In this document: positions 9,608-17,292 of the stretch, piece after piece | Layout: every line of letters begins with the position of its first letter | How positions within the stretch are numbered: position 1 is the first letter of the stretch | From: Nitrospirota bacterium | GTDB lineage: Bacteria; Nitrospirota; UBA9217 | NCBI GenBank assembly: GCA_963663225.1 | Contig: OY760142.1 | Span: 2,176,001 to 2,240,000, forward strand | Direction of reading: 5' to 3' | Length of the DNA stretch: 64,000 nt | Program-made: the position numbers and the translations under genes | The notes under the pieces: generated by a model | Database searches by the model: none | What the model was told of the DNA's origin: nothing | Seen by the model: the letters and a program-made list of their open reading frames with translations, nothing else

Positions 9608-9820
9608 ATGCACATTCGCCGGTTGGCTCCGGGAATAGAGCAGATTTTCATCGATGATTATTCTTCAGGATGTCCCTATGTTCCCATCAACAAGGATTAT
9701 TGTTCCGCATCGGTAATGTCGGTTCCGATCACGGATCGCACCATGGATAGTTACTGCAGTTCGGAAGACTTCGACCGCTGCCCGTTGTTTCTGGCCAAAG
9801 TATTACGAAGATGCTCCTGA
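9608..9820 (+). CDS. Small Cys-containing hypothetical protein (70 aa)
   Basis: AGGAGG RBS; C-x9-C-x17-C-x7-CP pattern. Confidence 0.7.
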   Translation: MHIRRLAPGIEQIFIDDYSSGCPYVPINKDYCSASVMSVPITDRTMDSYCSSEDFDRCPLFLAKVLRRCS

Positions 9821-9882
9821 GTGCGCTGTTGTCTCAGGACAGTTTTTTACGCGGGAAGGATTCATGAGAGGGAGTGTTTACC

Positions 9883-10119
9883 ATGAGTGAAATCAGTGTA
9901 AACAGTACGTCTGTGCTGTCAAATGAAAAAGAAAAAAACAAACGGGAAGACACAATTATGAAACTAGCGCAGGAACTGGGGCTTCCTGTAGAAGATGTTA
10001 AAAAATCGTATGAAGAGATATTAGAAAAATTCAGGAATGCGACAATCAAAGACTTTGTGCCTATTTTCGTCACCCGTAGTACCAGAGAGCGTCTGAAGCA
10101 TTTGCAACATACGAATTGA
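9883..10119 (+). CDS. Small helical protein, DUF3562-like
   Basis: GGGAG RBS; motif LAQELGLPVEDVKKSYEEILEKFRNATIKDFVPIFVTRSTRERL. Confidence 0.65.
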   Translation: MSEISVNSTSVLSNEKEKNKREDTIMKLAQELGLPVEDVKKSYEEILEKFRNATIKDFVPIFVTRSTRERLKHLQHTN

Positions 10120-10233
10120 TTTTTTCGCGATCAACGGAACATTATCCCTGTTTTGACCTTCAGCTACAACTCTACCCGTAATGCTTTTGTAGCAAAACCT
10201 TCAATTGTAAGCCCGTCTGATTATTCCTGTAAA

Positions 10234-10288
10234 ATTAATCCAATCTTAACATACTCGTAATCCGGGCGTAACGAATCCCTGGCAACAT
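10234..10288 (+). promoter_or_regulatory. Pho-box-like array (4 x 11-bp period) plus weak extended -10
   Basis: ATTAAT 10234, CTTAAC 10245, CGTAAT 10256, CGTAAC 10267; 10 nt later CAACAT preceded by TGn. Confidence 0.5.
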
Positions 10289-10434
10289 TTCGTACAAAAT
10301 GATTATTGTCGTAAAACACTGAGGTGAACAATATTGATAGATCGGGGGTGATTCAACAAGAATAATCTGGTTACTTTAACAATTTGTTGTGAGCTGAGAT
10401 AAATTATACGCTCTTATCGAAAGGAGTGCCGTTC

Positions 10435-12207
10435 ATGAATATCCTTGTTTCCCGTAAAAACATACTGGCCACTTTGCTGGCAATTGCCGTTGCGGCCGCT
10501 TTAACAGGGACAAGCTTTGCTCACGATCAGGAATTTGGTTTTCAGAAGCCATGGAAGTTCGGCATCATGGCCGACACCCAGTGGAAAACATCTCCTGACG
10601 GCAAGAATCCAAACAATGTTGCCATCGGGGTAATCAACCATCTTAATCAGGAATTCATCAAGCATGGGGTCAAGTTCGTGATTCAGGTCGGTGACCTGAC
10701 GGAAAACGGCAATAATATGGAAATGGACACCACAGCCACCTTCAGACAGGCGCTGTACAACGCTGGCATAGGCTTTTATCCTTTGCGTGGAAACCACGAG
10801 ACGTCTGCGGCTGTTGCAGAAGAATTCAGGCGAGTTTTTCCTCAAACCCGGACCGGCATGAATAACCAGACTCCGTCAGATGCCTTCGTCACGACTGCGT
10901 ATTACGGTGCGCCGCCGGCCAATACCAACACTGCGTTTATTACCGGCTCAAACTTTACCAGCCCCCTGGACATCGATCAGAATTATGCCGGACTGAGCTA
11001 CTCCTTTGATTACAATAATGCGCTTTTTCTGCTGCTCGACGGATTCACCATCCCGAACATTGCATGCAATCTGATCGAAAATCAGCAGCCCTGGATATCG
11101 AATACTCTTGCAGCCAGAGAATCTGACGCCCACGCCTTTGTTTTCAGTCATAAAGGCATGATTACGGAAAACCACAAAGACATTCTTTTTACAGAACCCG
11201 GCAAATGCAATGGAAGCAGCACCAACAGCACTCCTGCAGCCAAGCCCGCCGAACAGAATACTTTTCTAAGCAGCCTGTTCAACAACGGAGTACGGTTGTA
11301 TATAAACGGCCACGACCACATGCACAATCGTGCGATCGTTGAAAGTCCGGACCGCACATCGGTGGTGCAGAATATTACCGCCTCTTCAAACAGCTACAAG
11401 TTCTATATACCGTTGATTCCCTCAAACGACGAAACGTATAATCTTCCTGCATTCGGATTTCGGCGAGAGACTGTGGTGGCGCAGGAACTTTTTACCGTCG
11501 GCTACTATATTGTGACCGTAGATGGGCCGCGGGTGACGGTGGATTACTATTCTTCGCCTAATGGTTGCAGCGGCGATTGCGACCAGACGAACGATGTAAT
11601 ACCCTATACATTTACCAAGAGGGAAAGCTTTGGTTACAGCCTGAACGGCAAAGATTTCTTAATTCCGCAAGGCGCTTCGTATGCTTCTGTTCGAGACCAT
11701 CATCATGGTACGAACGGTGCAATCCTTGAAGGTATGAACAACAGTACGGCAAAAGCATATGATGGACGGTCTTTGACCAAAATTGTCAGCACCGGATGGT
11801 CTCCGAAAACGCAGGGTACGAACAATGGTGCGTTTACGCTCTGGGGCATGGCAGGTAGTTTGGGAAGCGACCAGACGGACGTGTTTGCGCTTTCCTTGAG
11901 CTATGAACATGCCGATGTGGACCATAAGGATTTAAAGCGAGGTGGGTTCGGTTTGGTCACAAAAGACGCCTATGGCAACTGGACCAACGCAGTGGATAAG
12001 AATTACGGTGGTGCAAAAAAGTTTATATACGGTCCGTGGCAATCCGGCTATGAACTCGGCACGTATGGCGTGGATCCGCACACGCATACAGTTTGGGCGG
12101 TGATTAATTATAATGGTGATTTTTCATCAGGTGAATTTCACGCAGTGCATCCTCAAGATCACAAGAACGAGCAGCGGGGAGGGCGGAGCACCGATGATCA
12201 TAAGTGA
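10435..12207 (+). CDS. Secreted calcineurin-like metallophosphoesterase
   Basis: Signal peptide; DTQ, GDL, GNHE, FSH and GHDH metal-binding motifs; AAGGAG RBS favours ATG 10435. Confidence 0.88.
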   Translation: MNILVSRKNILATLLAIAVAAALTGTSFAHDQEFGFQKPWKFGIMADTQWKTSPDGKNPNNVAIGVINHLNQEFIKHGVKFVIQVGDLTENGNNMEMDTTATFRQALYNAGIGFYPLRGNHETSAAVAEEFRRVFPQTRTGMNNQTPSDAFVTTAYYGAPPANTNTAFITGSNFTSPLDIDQNYAGLSYSFDYNNALFLLLDGFTIPNIACNLIENQQPWISNTLAARESDAHAFVFSHKGMITENHKDILFTEPGKCNGSSTNSTPAAKPAEQNTFLSSLFNNGVRLYINGHDHMHNRAIVESPDRTSVVQNITASSNSYKFYIPLIPSNDETYNLPAFGFRRETVVAQELFTVGYYIVTVDGPRVTVDYYSSPNGCSGDCDQTNDVIPYTFTKRESFGYSLNGKDFLIPQGASYASVRDHHHGTNGAILEGMNNSTAKAYDGRSLTKIVSTGWSPKTQGTNNGAFTLWGMAGSLGSDQTDVFALSLSYEHADVDHKDLKRGGFGLVTKDAYGNWTNAVDKNYGGAKKFIYGPWQSGYELGTYGVDPHTHTVWAVINYNGDFSSGEFHAVHPQDHKNEQRGGRSTDDHK

Positions 12208-12252
12208 AATTTTCGGAACGGCAGTTTTTAGAACCGGCAGCTGAAGTCGTTT

Positions 12253-12296
12253 ATGCCGGGGAGTCCGTGCCTGTTCCGCGGGCTCTCCGGCATTTT
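12253..12296 (+). terminator. Putative terminator between convergent genes
   Basis: ATGCCGGGGAGTCCGTG...CGCGGGCTCTCCGGCAT long stem with G-U pairs, followed by TTT. Confidence 0.6.
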
Positions 12297-12351
12297 AAAT
12301 TGTATTCGACATCCTCGACCCGGTACTCCCACAGTGTGTTTAATTCTTTTT

Positions 12352-13026
12352 TTATTCAAAACCGAACAATATACTCTGGAACAACCTTGTTCCTGCCTGT
12401 ATTTGTTCCCCGACCACATAATTCCCCGGAGTGCCGTGGTTTATTTCCCGGTGTTCTTTTGTGTGTTCTTCTGACCAGAAGAAGATTGTTCTTTTTCAGA
12501 ACGCCTTAATAATGTTCTTTTCCGGGAGCGTAAAGAGGTCCAGGTCAGGCGCATAGACCACGGGTTCGCACCCTTTTCCAGCGGCTGAATAATTAAGCTC
12601 ACTGTCTATCGTCAGTTCCATCGGCTTTTTGCAGTGTGCGCATTCAGTGTGGACCGTGACCGTAAGCTGTTCATTTCGTAATCGCCCTTGCACGAAGGGC
12701 GTGGCAAACGCATCCACTGCTCAGGCCGCGTATACCTGCTCGCCGGTGCTGAAGGTCAGATGATGGGGCGTTTTCTCTATTGTTACCGGATATGCCCATG
12801 TCACCGATCCTTCAGGATTTCTGAACAGGAACGTCATGCGCTTTTCCATGTCCTCAAGAAGGAATGCGACCCGGTCGCGGGGCATATTCAGCTTTTGCGC
12901 GATAACATCGGGCGGGAGAGGCTTTCCTGTACGGGGAAGTTCTCTGACTGTAAAATGATGCACTCGCCGGTGATCGGCGGTCATAAAACGCACCGCATTT
13001 TTAAACCTCCTGATCTTGTCTTCCAT
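12352..13026 (-). CDS. MerB-like (alkylmercury lyase family) protein with two predicted selenocysteines (U102, U177), 224 aa
   Basis: AAGGAG RBS before ATG 13026. One frame continues through TGA 12723-12721 (VYAA-U-AVD, aligning with MerB LYAWCALD Cys96/Asp99) and TGA 12498-12496 (KAF-U-KRTIFFWS, aligning with MerB QSFCCHVHFFAS Cys159) to TAA 12354-12352. AYP...TPH and CAHC motifs are kept. SECIS-like hairpins follow both TGAs. Confidence 0.88.
12466..12483 (-). promoter_or_regulatory. SECIS-like hairpin for the second UGA
   Basis: UUCUUCU-GGUC-AGAAGAA: perfect 7-bp stem starting 12 nt after the UGA; the GGUC apex resembles the E. coli fdhF SECIS. Confidence 0.75.
12683..12701 (-). promoter_or_regulatory. 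SECIS-like hairpin for the first UGA
   Basis: CGCCCUU-CGUGC-AAGGGCG: perfect 7-bp stem starting 19 nt after the UGA, with G at loop position 2. Confidence 0.7.
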
Positions 13027-13068
13027 GCAGTCTCCTTTCGTAACGCGAATAAGCTATGTATACTTTTA

Positions 13069-13605
13069 TCATATTTGCCGCTCCGTCCGCGATTGCTTTC
13101 TGATGAGGATGATTTCTGCTGCTGGAATACCGAGCGACTCAAGAAAGTCCTGATGGGCTTCCGGGGCGAGCCGTTCAAATTCCGTATGCCATTTGCTTCG
13201 TGCCGTTTCATCCAGTCCGGAGTTCTGCAGCAATTGTATCCAGCGTTTTTTGTCCATGAACCCCGCCCTGGCAATTGCGCGATTGTTCTTTAAAAGAGTG
13301 ACAATAAAATGCTGCTGATTGCGCAAAGCACGGATTTCGTTGTTTAAGTCTTCAAGCCGCTTTTTAAGGAGATAAACGACGCCTTTTCCGCCATTGGTTT
13401 TTATGACCCTGTCGATGTCTTTGAGCGGCAGTCCCGCCCTGCGGTACGTGCATATTTGTTCAAGACGGGCGCAGTCTTTTTCGGTGTAGGCCCGGTAATT
13501 CGAGCTGCTTCTTCCCGAGGGAGAGAACAGTCCGAGCGAATCATAGTAAAGCAGGGTGCTGCGGGAAAGGCCGAATTTTTTCGACAATTTGCCGATGGTA
13601 TACAT
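13069..13605 (-). CDS. MerR-family transcriptional regulator (not the Hg-sensing MerR type)
   Basis: GGAGG RBS before ATG 13605; YTIGKLSKKFGLSRSTLLYYDSLGL...NYRAY winged HTH; coiled coil; C-terminal WHxEFERLAPEAHQDFLESLGI domain. Confidence 0.92.
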   Translation of the reverse strand: MYTIGKLSKKFGLSRSTLLYYDSLGLFSPSGRSSSNYRAYTEKDCARLEQICTYRRAGLPLKDIDRVIKTNGGKGVVYLLKKRLEDLNNEIRALRNQQHFIVTLLKNNRAIARAGFMDKKRWIQLLQNSGLDETARSKWHTEFERLAPEAHQDFLESLGIPAAEIILIRKQSRTERQI

Positions 13606-13629
13606 GATCACCTCCTGCATCAGCAGTGT

Positions 13630-13660
13630 AGCATAAACTATAAAGCAATAGACAGGTCAA
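13630..13660 (-). promoter_or_regulatory. MerR-type sigma70 promoter with 19-bp spacer and dyad operator
   Basis: TTGACC-TGTCTATTGCTTTATAGTT(19 nt)-TATGCT; inverted repeat CTAT-N6-ATAG inside the spacer. Confidence 0.8.
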
Positions 13661-13806
13661 GGTGTTTTTTTAATTTCAGGTCTTTCCGGGTTAAACGGTA
13701 CGCAGGGGCGGGGAGATTGAGAAAAGCTGTTTTCTTGTTGCATCAGTAAATCAAGCCGAAATTCCGTTGTGCGATGTTTTAAGGTATAATCATAAACGGG
13801 AGTTTT

Positions 13807-14286
13807 ATGAACAGGGATATCTTCATGATAAAGAAAAGGGTTTACACATTGTGTATCTGTTTTATCATTACACTCGGTTCATCCGGATGTTCGGGCGTTC
13901 GGCCCGCAACGCTCGGCGTCAAAGACGGACGGCTGTCGCCCTGTCCATCTTCGCCGAACTGTGTTTCGAGCCAGAGCCTTGACAGAGAGCATGCGATCAG
14001 TCCGCTGATGTATGCGCCCCTGTCTGCGTCTGCCGCGCATGATAAATTAAAAAAAATAATTTGGGGCATGAAAAGGACCGAGATTATAACCGACACCGGC
14101 ACGTATATCCACGCGGAGTTTACCAGCGCGGTCTGGCGGTTTGTGGACGATGTGGAATTCTTTTTTGACGAGTCGTCGAATACGATTCATATTCGTTCCG
14201 CGTCGCGACTTGGGAAATCGGATTTCGGCGTGAACCGGAAAAGAATAGAGTCTATCCGGTCGCTTTGGAATGCCAGGGAGCATTGA
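13807..14286 (+). CDS. DUF1499 family lipoprotein
   Basis: SSGC lipobox; LSPCPSSPNCVSSQ, FVDDVEF and IRSASRLGKSDFGVNRKRIE motifs. Confidence 0.88.
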   Translation: MNRDIFMIKKRVYTLCICFIITLGSSGCSGVRPATLGVKDGRLSPCPSSPNCVSSQSLDREHAISPLMYAPLSASAAHDKLKKIIWGMKRTEIITDTGTYIHAEFTSAVWRFVDDVEFFFDESSNTIHIRSASRLGKSDFGVNRKRIESIRSLWNAREH

Positions 14287-14292
14287 CGGCGT

Positions 14293-14979
14293 ATGGCCCC
14301 GTTTTTTTCCATCATCGTGCCTGTTTTGAATGAGTCCGCCGCAATCAACGAATTGATCGGACATATTCGCACCCTTGACGTCACCGGTATTGCCGAGATT
14401 ATCGTGGTTGATGGCGACCCCGGCGGAAGCACGATCAATGCTGTCCAGGATAATGGCGTGCTCAAAGCTACCTCATCCAAGGGCCGCGCGCGCCAAATGA
14501 ACCACGGCGCGGCGCTTGCTTCAGGCACCATCCTGCTTTTTTTGCATGCCGATACCCGGCTCCCTGAAAATGCCTTTACTCATATTTCCGGAACGATGCG
14601 CGACCAGCTCGTTGTGGGGGGCGCTTTTGATCTGGGATTGGACACCAGGCGCTGTATTTTCAGGATCACCGAACGGTATGTGTTTTTTCGCACACGAGTG
14701 ACCAGAATTCCCTTTGGTGACCAGGCTATTTTTCTCAGAAAGGAATATTTTAGTGCGATCGGCGGCTACCGGGACATTCCCCTGATGGAGGATGTGGAAA
14801 TCATGTCCCGAATAAAAAAGCGGGGGGATCGCATCAACATCATTCCCGAAAAAGTGCGGACTTCTCCACGGAGATGGGAAGAGGAAGGCATTCTGTACTG
14901 CACGGTCCGCAACATGGCTTTGCAAGTGCTTTTCGCGCTGGGCGTTTCACCGGAGCGGCTTGTTGCCTGGTACAAATAA
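14293..14979 (+). CDS. GT2 glycosyltransferase, TIGR04283-like
   Basis: SIIVPVLNE, VVDG, GRARQMNHGA, FLHADT, PFGDQAIF, PLMEDVE, TSPRRW. Confidence 0.85.
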   Translation: MAPFFSIIVPVLNESAAINELIGHIRTLDVTGIAEIIVVDGDPGGSTINAVQDNGVLKATSSKGRARQMNHGAALASGTILLFLHADTRLPENAFTHISGTMRDQLVVGGAFDLGLDTRRCIFRITERYVFFRTRVTRIPFGDQAIFLRKEYFSAIGGYRDIPLMEDVEIMSRIKKRGDRINIIPEKVRTSPRRWEEEGILYCTVRNMALQVLFALGVSPERLVAWYK

Positions 14980-15115
14980 TCACGAACAACGATAGTTTTG
15001 CATGATTGTTATTTTTTCTGTCCGGGCGGCGAAGCGGACCGGGTCGTGCTACAATAGGAAGGTGTTCATGAAGATTCCGGTGAACCAAATCTATTGATGC
15101 AGGAGGATACGTATC

Positions 15116-15544
15116 ATGCCAGTACGGAGTGCTGAAGCGCGCTGGGAAGGAAATCTCAAAAAAGGAAAAGGGAGTGTGAAACTGGGAAGCGGTGTTTTTG
15201 AAGGCAAATATTCGTTCGGGTCACGTTTCGAAAAAGACCCCGGTACGAATCCAGAAGAGTTAATAGGGGCCGCTCATGCAGGCTGTTTCAGTATGGCTCT
15301 TTCAATGATATTGGAACAGGCCGGGTATACGGCAGACAGCATTCACACTAGTGCACGGGTTTCGATTGACAAATCAGGAGATGGGTTTAAAATCACTTCC
15401 ATTGCGCTTGAAACAGAAGGGAAGATTCCGGGAATCGATGAAAACACCTTCAAAGAAAAAGCCGAGATGGCCAAAAAAGGATGTCCGGTTTCCGTGGCAT
15501 TGTCCAGTGTTGCCATCACGCTTCAGGCAAAGCTTGTAAAATAG
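15116..15544 (+). CDS. osmC: OsmC-family peroxiredoxin
   Basis: GTNPEELIGAAHAGCFSMAL and AKKGCPVS. Confidence 0.93.
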   Translation: MPVRSAEARWEGNLKKGKGSVKLGSGVFEGKYSFGSRFEKDPGTNPEELIGAAHAGCFSMALSMILEQAGYTADSIHTSARVSIDKSGDGFKITSIALETEGKIPGIDENTFKEKAEMAKKGCPVSVALSSVAITLQAKLVK

Positions 15545-15606
15545 TAACCACCGAAAAAACCCGGGGCGACAGGGGAAACTGCAAGCGGACGAACGAGGTA
15601 AAATAC

Positions 15607-16071
15607 ATGTTTCTTTATTTAGTGCGGCATGGCGAGGCGAAACCGGAGACAGAAGATCCTGCGCGGGGCCTGACGGATAAAGGCTTCCGAGATGTTTCGC
15701 TGACGGCGCTGTACGTTCACGACCGGGACATAAAACCCGACGTTATTTATCACAGCGGCAGAAAACGGGCCCAGCAGACCGCGCAGATTTTCAACGATTA
15801 TGTAAAACCGCTTAAAGGCATAATTGAAGCCGACAATCTTGCGCCGATGGACGATCCCGCCATATGGGCCGGGCGCATTTCCGGGATGCGTGAAAACATT
15901 ATGCTCGTGGGACATCTTCCGTACCTGGCAAGGCTTGCCGGTCTGTTGTTGTGCGGGGACAAGGATAAGCTGGCTGCCGATTTCAAGACCGGAGGAATTG
16001 CCTGCTTCGAGCGGCTGAGCGACGGCAGGTGGATCGTTGCGTGGATGCTTTCACCGGCCATGCTCTCTTAG
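15607..16071 (+). CDS. sixA: Phosphohistidine phosphatase SixA
   Basis: LYLVRHGEA, RAQQTA and LVGHLP motifs; GAGG RBS before ATG 15607. Confidence 0.88.
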   Translation: MFLYLVRHGEAKPETEDPARGLTDKGFRDVSLTALYVHDRDIKPDVIYHSGRKRAQQTAQIFNDYVKPLKGIIEADNLAPMDDPAIWAGRISGMRENIMLVGHLPYLARLAGLLLCGDKDKLAADFKTGGIACFERLSDGRWIVAWMLSPAMLS

Positions 16072-16125
16072 GAGAAACAGACGGCGAAGCCGGTTACTAC
16101 AGTCACTGAAAGGAGATGTTGAATT

Positions 16126-16536
16126 ATGGAAACACTGACATTGGAAAAGGTCAAAGTATTGCTGGATCGCGGAGTTGAAAAAATTGCCAGGGATTTTCAA
16201 CGCCCCGCCTGCGTCTCAATTTGCGATGCAAACGGTTTTTTACTCGGTTTCATCCGCATGGATGGCGGGCCGGTCAGAAGCATCCAGATAGCCCAGTGCA
16301 AGGCCCACACCGCCATCCGGATGGGAGTATCCACGGACGCCTTTCAGGAAAGACTTCGCAAGGACAACACCGATATCCGGTATTTTTGCGATCCGCTTCT
16401 TACCGCGCTACCGGGCGGCAGTCTGCTGAAAAACAAGGAAGGGAAAGTAGTCGGAGCTGCCGGTGTCAGCGGTCTCGCCCCGAGTGAAGATCAGATGGTT
16501 ACGAATGATCTGGCGAGCCTGGTGAGTACCTGGTGA
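16126..16536 (+). CDS. GlcG/HbpS-family (heme-binding) protein
   Basis: DANGFLLGFIRMDG...IAQCKAHTA...GG...VVGAAGVSG...ED. Confidence 0.85.
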   Translation: METLTLEKVKVLLDRGVEKIARDFQRPACVSICDANGFLLGFIRMDGGPVRSIQIAQCKAHTAIRMGVSTDAFQERLRKDNTDIRYFCDPLLTALPGGSLLKNKEGKVVGAAGVSGLAPSEDQMVTNDLASLVSTW

Positions 16537-16603
16537 CGAATCCGCGGCTGGTGGGTATCGGATCGTCAGGAGTTGATGATTAAAACAGTTCCTAGAAATC
16601 GAT

Positions 16604-16635
16604 AACGGGCCGGCAGTGAAAGCTGCCGGCCCGTT
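16604..16635. terminator. Bidirectional terminator hairpin
   Basis: AACGGGCCGGCAG-tgaaag-CTGCCGGCCCGTT, perfect 13-bp stem between convergent genes. Confidence 0.8.
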
Positions 16636-16657
16636 TGGCTGTTTCAGGAGCGAACGT

Positions 16658-16978
16658 TTACGTGCCTGATGCGGTGTTCAGCTTTCCTTTTACGCTTTTG
16701 ATCTTGTCTTCCATGGTTTGTGCCCGGTCAGACCGTGATCCCAGTTTTATCACCGTGGATATGCGGGGTGCCCCCATTTGATGCACAGCTTCATGGCAGC
16801 GCTTGATGGCGGCAAAAACCGCGTCCCATTCTCCTTCTACATTCGTCCCATAGGCATGCAGAGAAGTTTTCAGGCTAGCCTCGGCAAGTATTTTTTCGCA
16901 CGCTGCAACGTATGAGGACAGCGAAACTCCCACGCCGATCGGGACGATACAAACATCTACTATGACATCCATTTTCAA
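16658..16978 (-). CDS. MTH1187/YkoF-family thiamine-binding protein
   Basis: VPIGVGVSLSSYVA...HAYGTNVEGEWD...CHEAVH.MGAPR...KIKSV. Confidence 0.88.
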   Translation of the reverse strand: MKMDVIVDVCIVPIGVGVSLSSYVAACEKILAEASLKTSLHAYGTNVEGEWDAVFAAIKRCHEAVHQMGAPRISTVIKLGSRSDRAQTMEDKIKSVKGKLNTASGT

Positions 16979-17292
16979 TAAACCCCTTTCGTAAAATATA
17001 ATGCTAAAGACTGATTATGCCAACAACCGGCAACCGGTACCGATCTTGCTTCCGGCAACCAGCAATCATATCGATTTTTTTCAGTTTATCAGCTTTTGTC
17101 GCGAATGTAACAGAACTTTCTTGTTATTTCAAGTGAATAGTAAAATCCTGTTGACAGGTGCAGGGAATTTCAAGTATATAATTTCAAAGACATTCGCCTG
17201 CTGGCTTCAGATATACGGTCTGTTCGTATTATCACCGGCAGGCCGAAGAAAAGTTTCCGTTTGAAAATCTTTCCCGGAAGGAATGGCTCAGT

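Noticed and set aside
10153-10193. Second MerR-type promoter or structured RNA (TTGACC...; GCTACAA/TTGTAGC inverted repeat)
   Set aside because: No good -10 at 19-20 bp and the dyad is not centred in the spacer; no recognisable riboswitch consensus.
12352-13026. Genome-wide UGA reassignment (code 4 or 25) as the explanation for the in-frame TGAs
   Set aside because: TGA is the ordinary stop of many intact genes here (for example hyi at 20603, FKBP at 30689, transporter at 44193), and Trp or Gly would not fit the catalytic Cys columns.
12496-13026. Two separate small genes or a merB pseudogene
   Set aside because: Same frame, no indels, both stops exactly at catalytic Cys positions, hairpins after each, and MerB-like sequence continuing to a TAA at normal MerB length.
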